Positions 26,234 through 28,709 of a stretch of DNA of 28,709 bases are shown in pieces. The stretch is from a virus (Duplodnaviria; Caudoviricetes). Numbering within the stretch: position 1 is the first letter of the stretch; every line of letters starts with the position of its first letter. The stretch spans positions 1-28,709 of IMG/VR virus record IMGVR_UViG_3300017707_000173. The stretch is one strand, 5' to 3'. The notes beneath the pieces were generated by a model, which was not told where the DNA came from, did not search any database, and saw only the letters and a program-made list of their open reading frames with translations. A program made the position numbers and the translations under genes.

Positions 26234-27345
26234 TTCACTCGAAGATCGTTGGCGGCTCGACCGCCAAGCGTGTGATCAACTGCCCTGGGTCGGTGGCGCT
26301 TGTGCAGCAAATGCCACCGCAGGTCGAGAGCAAGTACGCAGCAGAGGGTACGCTCTTGCACGCGTGCATGGAAGACCTACTTGGCGCGTCAACGCTGCCC
26401 GAGGTTGCAGCCAAGCACAACCTAACGGACGAGCAGATCGAGAAGCTCGCCTTTTGCGTACAGGCGCTTGAGACTATCGATCCTGATCAGACGATGGAGT
26501 TTGCGCAAGAGGTGCAGGTTGAGTTTGAAAACGTCAAAGGTCTTGAGGGCGTCTTCGGTAACGTCGATTTGATCGGGCGCATCGGTCGCACCGCCGTGGT
26601 CCTTGATTGGAAGTTTGGCGACGGCGTGATCGTTGACGCCGAAGAAAACTATCAAGGTCTTTTCTACGCTGCCGCTGCGATGGCAACGAACAAGCTCTCG
26701 TGGGCATTTTATTTTGTAGACGAGATCGAGATCATCATCGTACAGCCGCCTGCCGTGCGGCGTTGGGTGACGACGTTTGAGCGTGTCCAACAGTTTGTAG
26801 CCGAACTACAGACGGCGGTCACGCTTGCTAGCAGACCCAACGCGCCGCTTGAGATCGGCGATTGGTGCCGCTGGTGTACCGGCAAGCCTGTCTGCCCTAA
26901 GATGACCGGCGAGATCGATCGCGTGGTGCACTTGAAGCTAGAGGCACTTGCGCCTGATCAATTAGCGTCGGCGCTCGACATGGCTGATAAGCTAGAGTCC
27001 TTCATCGCAGAGGCGCGCAAGTTGGCTTATAACCGCCTTGAGAAAAACATGCCCGTGCCGGGGTATAAACTTGTATCGAAACGCGCAACGCGTCAGTGGA
27101 CGGATGAGGCCAAAGCAGACGCTGCGCTCGCACAGCTTGGCGTCCCTGAGAGCGAGCGTCATAAGACCGAATTAATTAGCCCTGCTCAAGCTGAGAAGGT
27201 GCTAAAAAAGAGCAAGCTAGCACTGCCTGACGATCTTGTCATCGCAGTGTCGAGCGGCAGCACGTTAGCGCCGGAGAGCGATCCTCGGCCTGCCGTGCTT
27301 AACGTTGGGTTGCACTTAACCGCAGCCCTTTTTAAACTTCAGTAA
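26230..27345 (+). CDS. Cas4-like PD-(D/E)xK exonuclease (DUF2800-like)
   Basis: CPGS, AAEGTLLH, GNVD..LDWKFG and CRWC-x5-C (four Cys as in Cas4/AddB Fe-S staples), plus PGYKLV. Confidence 0.88.
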   Translation: MIHSKIVGGSTAKRVINCPGSVALVQQMPPQVESKYAAEGTLLHACMEDLLGASTLPEVAAKHNLTDEQIEKLAFCVQALETIDPDQTMEFAQEVQVEFENVKGLEGVFGNVDLIGRIGRTAVVLDWKFGDGVIVDAEENYQGLFYAAAAMATNKLSWAFYFVDEIEIIIVQPPAVRRWVTTFERVQQFVAELQTAVTLASRPNAPLEIGDWCRWCTGKPVCPKMTGEIDRVVHLKLEALAPDQLASALDMADKLESFIAEARKLAYNRLEKNMPVPGYKLVSKRATRQWTDEAKADAALAQLGVPESERHKTELISPAQAEKVLKKSKLALPDDLVIAVSSGSTLAPESDPRPAVLNVGLHLTAALFKLQ

Positions 27346-27355
27346 GGAAATAGTC

Positions 27356-28006
27356 ATGTCTAATTTAGTAGCTTTCAGTCAAGCAAATCTCCCATCTGTA
27401 GCAAGCCTTTCAACAGCACTTCGTGCGCTTGATAAGGACGTCGGCCCGTCTGGCGTCGTCATTCTCAAGATGGACAAGACCGGCCATTGGGTCTTTGGTG
27501 CTGACCAGACAGAAATCGAAGATGGTTCCACCTGGGCAGTCAATCCCTTCTCGTTTGTCCACGGCTACATCGCGTGGGGAGACGGTGAGGTCTTGGCTGA
27601 GAAGATGGTATCGGTATCTGAGCCTTTGCCCAACATCGATGTCGCCCCGCCAGGCGCAAAGAAAGGTTGGGAAACCCAAGTCGGCATGTCGCTTAAGTGT
27701 CTTACAGGCGACGATGAGGGTATGGAAGCCCGCTACACCACCACGTCAGTCGGTGGTAAGCGCAGCGTACAGACGCTCGCGCTAGCGATCGCCGCACAGG
27801 TCGAGAAGGATCAATCGAAGCCTGTGCCTGTCGTGCGGCTCAAGAAGGACCACTACACACACAAGTCTTATGGCAAGATATTCACGCCAGTATTTGAGGT
27901 TGTGGAGTGGGCAAGCATGGACGGTAAGACCGAGGAAGTGGATGCACCTGAGGAGGCCAACCCCGCCGCCGAAGATGCACCGCGTCGTCGTCGTCGCACA
28001 GCCTAA
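27356..28006 (+). CDS. Putative single-stranded DNA-binding protein
   Basis: Lies between the exonuclease and PolA. Aromatic-rich beta core (YTHKSYGKIFTPVFEVVEW) with an acidic tail. SD AAGGA. Confidence 0.6.
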   Translation: MSNLVAFSQANLPSVASLSTALRALDKDVGPSGVVILKMDKTGHWVFGADQTEIEDGSTWAVNPFSFVHGYIAWGDGEVLAEKMVSVSEPLPNIDVAPPGAKKGWETQVGMSLKCLTGDDEGMEARYTTTSVGGKRSVQTLALAIAAQVEKDQSKPVPVVRLKKDHYTHKSYGKIFTPVFEVVEWASMDGKTEEVDAPEEANPAAEDAPRRRRRTA

Positions 28007-28016
28007 TTAGCTTGGG

Positions 28017-28048
28017 AGGCCACGGTGTAACAGCCGTGGCTTTTTTTT
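28017..28048 (+). terminator. Intrinsic terminator
   Basis: GCCACGG (28019-28025) pairs with CCGTGGC (28034-28040), followed by T8. Confidence 0.85.
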
Positions 28049-28062
28049 CTTTGGAGAAAACG

Positions 28063-28230
28063 ATGGAACACCCTTATGAAACGCTTAATCACTTATTGCG
28101 CGAATATAAGCATCTATGCGACATGTGCGATGCGACTGCTGCGCTTGAGTGTGCGATGCAGATCAGGCGCGTGGCGGCGGAGCTTGTGGTGCTGGCTGCA
28201 CAAAACGCTGAACCGACGTTGGGTCCGTAG
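28063..28230 (+). CDS. Small hypothetical protein (55 aa)
   Basis: ATG 28063 after SD GGAG, MEHPYETLNHLL..CDMC. Its stop abuts the PolA start (TAGATG). Confidence 0.55.
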   Translation: MEHPYETLNHLLREYKHLCDMCDATAALECAMQIRRVAAELVVLAAQNAEPTLGP

Positions 28231-28709
28231 ATGAGCACCCTGTGGGTTGACTTTGAGACTCGCAGCCGCTGTGACCTGACAACCAAAGGTGTGTACAACT
28301 ACGCGCAAGACGGCAGCACTGACGTCTTGTGCATGTCCTATGCGTTCGACGATGATGAGGTCGTGACATGGACGCCCGATCAGCCTTTCCCCGAGGCCGT
28401 GCGCCGACACAAGGGTCAGATACGTGCACATAACGCAGCCTTCGAGCGTCTGATCTTTTGGTATGTCTTGCAGATCAACTTCGATCTTGAGCAGTTTTAC
28501 TGCACTGCAACACAGGCGCGTGCTAACTGTGCGCCAGGGTCGTTGGAGGATGTTGGCCGGTTCGCTAGCGCAGACATGCGTAAGGACTACCGAGGCGCGC
28601 AACTGATCAGGCGGCTATGTATGCCGCAGGCAGACGGCAAGTTTTGCCAGGACGCGGCACTTTTTGCCGAGATGGTGGCCTATTGTGAGCAAGACGTCCG
28701 CGCCATGCG
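28231..28709 (+). CDS. Family A DNA polymerase, N-terminal 3'-5' exonuclease domain, 3'-truncated (missing from the ORF track)
   Basis: Manual translation MSTLWVDFETRSRCDLTTKGVYNYA..AHNAAFER..YCEQDV gives ExoI DxE, ExoII HNAAFE and ExoIII YxxxD motifs of APSE/SPO2-type phage PolA. No stop codon before the window end. Confidence 0.9.
   Translation, partial: MSTLWVDFETRSRCDLTTKGVYNYAQDGSTDVLCMSYAFDDDEVVTWTPDQPFPEAVRRHKGQIRAHNAAFERLIFWYVLQINFDLEQFYCTATQARANCAPGSLEDVGRFASADMRKDYRGAQLIRRLCMPQADGKFCQDAALFAEMVAYCEQDVRAM

Noticed and set aside
26230-27345. Cas4-like gene as part of a CRISPR-Cas system
   Set aside because: There is no cas1, cas2 or array. Its position beside SSB and PolA fits a phage replication/recombination exonuclease.
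28114-28602. 162-aa minus-strand ORF and nearby minus ORFs
   Set aside because: They are antisense to the motif-supported PolA exonuclease domain, which the ORF track missed because it runs off the window.
1-28709. tRNA, integrase, att site or repressor indicating lifestyle
   Set aside because: None was recognisable and the intergenic gaps are very short. Lifestyle and host cannot be determined from this window.

Overview
The window is a dense 28.7 kb section of a tailed dsDNA phage genome with P22-like (podovirus-type) morphogenesis genes. It starts inside the portal gene and ends inside a family A DNA polymerase gene. On the + strand the order is: portal; an 8-gene accessory block (Dps/ferritin-like protein, putative beta-sandwich virion protein, Gly-rich fibre/adhesin, Fe(II)/2OG oxygenase, small Trp-rich protein, acidic 14x20-aa repeat protein, small beta protein, coiled coil); scaffold; P22 gp5-like coat; two putative decoration proteins; gp4-like adaptor; gp10-like hub; a 1143-aa modular fibre with an S74 chaperone; a beta-helix tailspike; a cupin; three ejection proteins; and a lysis cassette with an M15 peptidase. 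A - strand operon (VRR-NUC, SNF2 helicase, wHTH, small genes) converges on the lysis genes. A back-to-back promoter pair then drives a + strand replication block (Cas4-like exonuclease, SSB-like protein, PolA). I saw no tRNA, CRISPR array, integrase or reverse transcriptase. The best candidate for an undescribed system is the portal-scaffold insert, which may encode a ruler-templated virion appendage with its own iron-dependent modifying enzyme. Other candidates are a recurring Asn-Ala-Leu motif in the ejection proteins and a leaderless bidirectional promoter switch. All family assignments come from motif recognition and gene order; no database search was run.
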